A stretch of 64,000 nucleotides of DNA, from NCBI GenBank assembly GCA_965178125.1, contig OZ237764.1:558001-622000 (forward strand), given 5' to 3'. The position numbers and the translations under genes are program-made. The stretch comes from Bilabrum cf. latius. Lineage: Eukaryota. Positions 62,946 through 64,000 of this stretch are shown here, in pieces (position 1 is the stretch's first letter; each line of letters starts with the position of its first letter). Under the pieces are notes generated by a model. That model did no database searches. It worked only from the letters and a program-made list of their open reading frames with translations, and was not told the origin of the DNA.

Positions 62946-64000
62946 ATGCAAACGGTACTGGTAAAGATGGCGGCTGTTGCTGCATTCTTGCTAGTGATGC
63001 TAGTGGTCGCTCCTGCAGCTGTGGCCGAAGAGCAAGGAGATTCGTTGATGCTGCGGCATGATACCATGGTACAGCGGCCTGTTGGTATTCCGAAAGCCGC
63101 CAGGAACTTCTAAAAGAGGGAGCAAAAGAGACGAGCTGGCTAGAAAGGGAGGCGCAAGCAAGGAACCTAGCCTTCGGGCGGTCAATCGAGTAAGATCTCA
63201 GCCCAAGGTAGCACAGTCCATTCAGTGCTGAAAGTCGGCATGATTTATGCATGGCCGCAGACCTTATCGATTGAGGTAAGTGGCAAACTAGAGCACATCG
63301 ACATGGGTGTCAAGGTTGGCATGACCAGCGATCGTTTCGAGCTTGACAAGCTCGATCCGGACAGCCTGGTCCTAGCCACTCAAGTCGGATTCGGTGCAGA
63401 GGCAGCACAGGCTGCCGGCAGTGCGTCATTCAAGCCATACATCACTCAGGTATCGTCCAAAGATCCGCCGATTGCCGCTGTGGCCGGAAGCTCGGGTCTC
63501 AGCGTCGATTCATAGGGCGCTGGGAGCAAGGCCCAGTCTGGCTAGCCTTCCGGTGCTGTTGATTCTGCGGGTCAATCCGGCACGTTAAAATCTTCATCCT
63601 CTTCCGGTGCTTCGCGCGAGCCGACGTCCACCAGCTCCAGCGCTTGTGCTTAGAAGCCAGCCGCTGGAGCGGAGTTCCCATCCGATGGCACCGGCGCAGT
63701 GGGCTCTGGTGCTGGATAGGACAAGGCTTCGACGGCAACTGGAGGGGCAGCCACCGCGGCCCATAGTGAGCATACCTTGCCTGCCGGTGCATCTGTCGGT
63801 CCCTCAGTGCCCATGAGCGGGGCATCGGCGAGTGCTTCCTACCAGCAGTCCCCAGGTGGTGCCAAGGATGGACAGAAGATCTGGAGCGGCTTCCTCGAAC
63901 TGAGCCACAGGGTTCTATCGCGCGCTCTGGGCACGCTTGCGAGTGGGAATCCCGCCATCCTTAACTTCTGGCGCGAGGAAGTGCAGGGGGACGAGGGATC
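62946..64000 (+). CDS. Hypothetical protein, copy 2 (partial; in-frame TAA at 63111 if the upstream start is used)
   Basis: Near-identical to 57699-58753; runs off the window end. Confidence 0.5.

Larger units (their letters stand above)
54897..64000. repeat. Tandem segmental duplication, unit ~5.2 kb (copy 1 ~54897-60040; copy 2 ~60070 to beyond 64000)
   Basis: Collinear, highly similar sequence at an offset of 5173-5247 bp (e.g. ORFs 55183/60356, starts 57534/62722, ORFs 57978/63225). Confidence 0.95.

Noticed and set aside
1-64000. Interpreting the fragmented ORFs as pseudogenes or sequencing errors
   Set aside because: Breaks are almost exclusively TAG, with no frameshifts over kilobases, and some TAGs are conserved between paralogs. 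Decay or error would also give TGA, TAA and indels.
1-64000. Pyrrolysine or TAG-recoded phage/prokaryotic origin
   Set aside because: GT-AG introns, eukaryotic protein types and a DIRS-order retrotransposon are present. TAG aligns with Gln codons, and no pyl or phage genes were seen.

Overview
GC-rich, gene-dense eukaryotic (protist-like) DNA with few short GT-AG introns. The main result is a non-standard nuclear genetic code. The fragments in the ORF track chain together in one frame, are broken only by TAG, and join into very long coherent genes when TAG is read as sense. Paralog alignments put TAG opposite CAA/CAG, so UAG=Gln. All ten complete host genes I could trace end in TGA. TAA is essentially absent from host reading frames, so UAG appears uncoupled from UAA. 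Under this code the window holds: two large low-complexity proteins; a spliced, bacterial-type putative glycoside hydrolase; a ~4,580-aa Pmp-like/Cys-rich/multi-TM surface protein; a divergent kinase-ARM protein; two tandem FG-GAP (integrin-alpha-like) mucin-stalk receptors; and a ~5.2-kb tandem duplication (ankyrin-like, nucleoredoxin-like and unknown genes). One receptor is interrupted by an apparently intact, very recent 7.6-kb tyrosine-recombinase retrotransposon (Ngaro/PAT-type split direct repeats). The element itself uses UAG=Gln, and its ORF1 and pol lie in one frame separated by a single TAA. All calls come from manual reading; no database searches were run.
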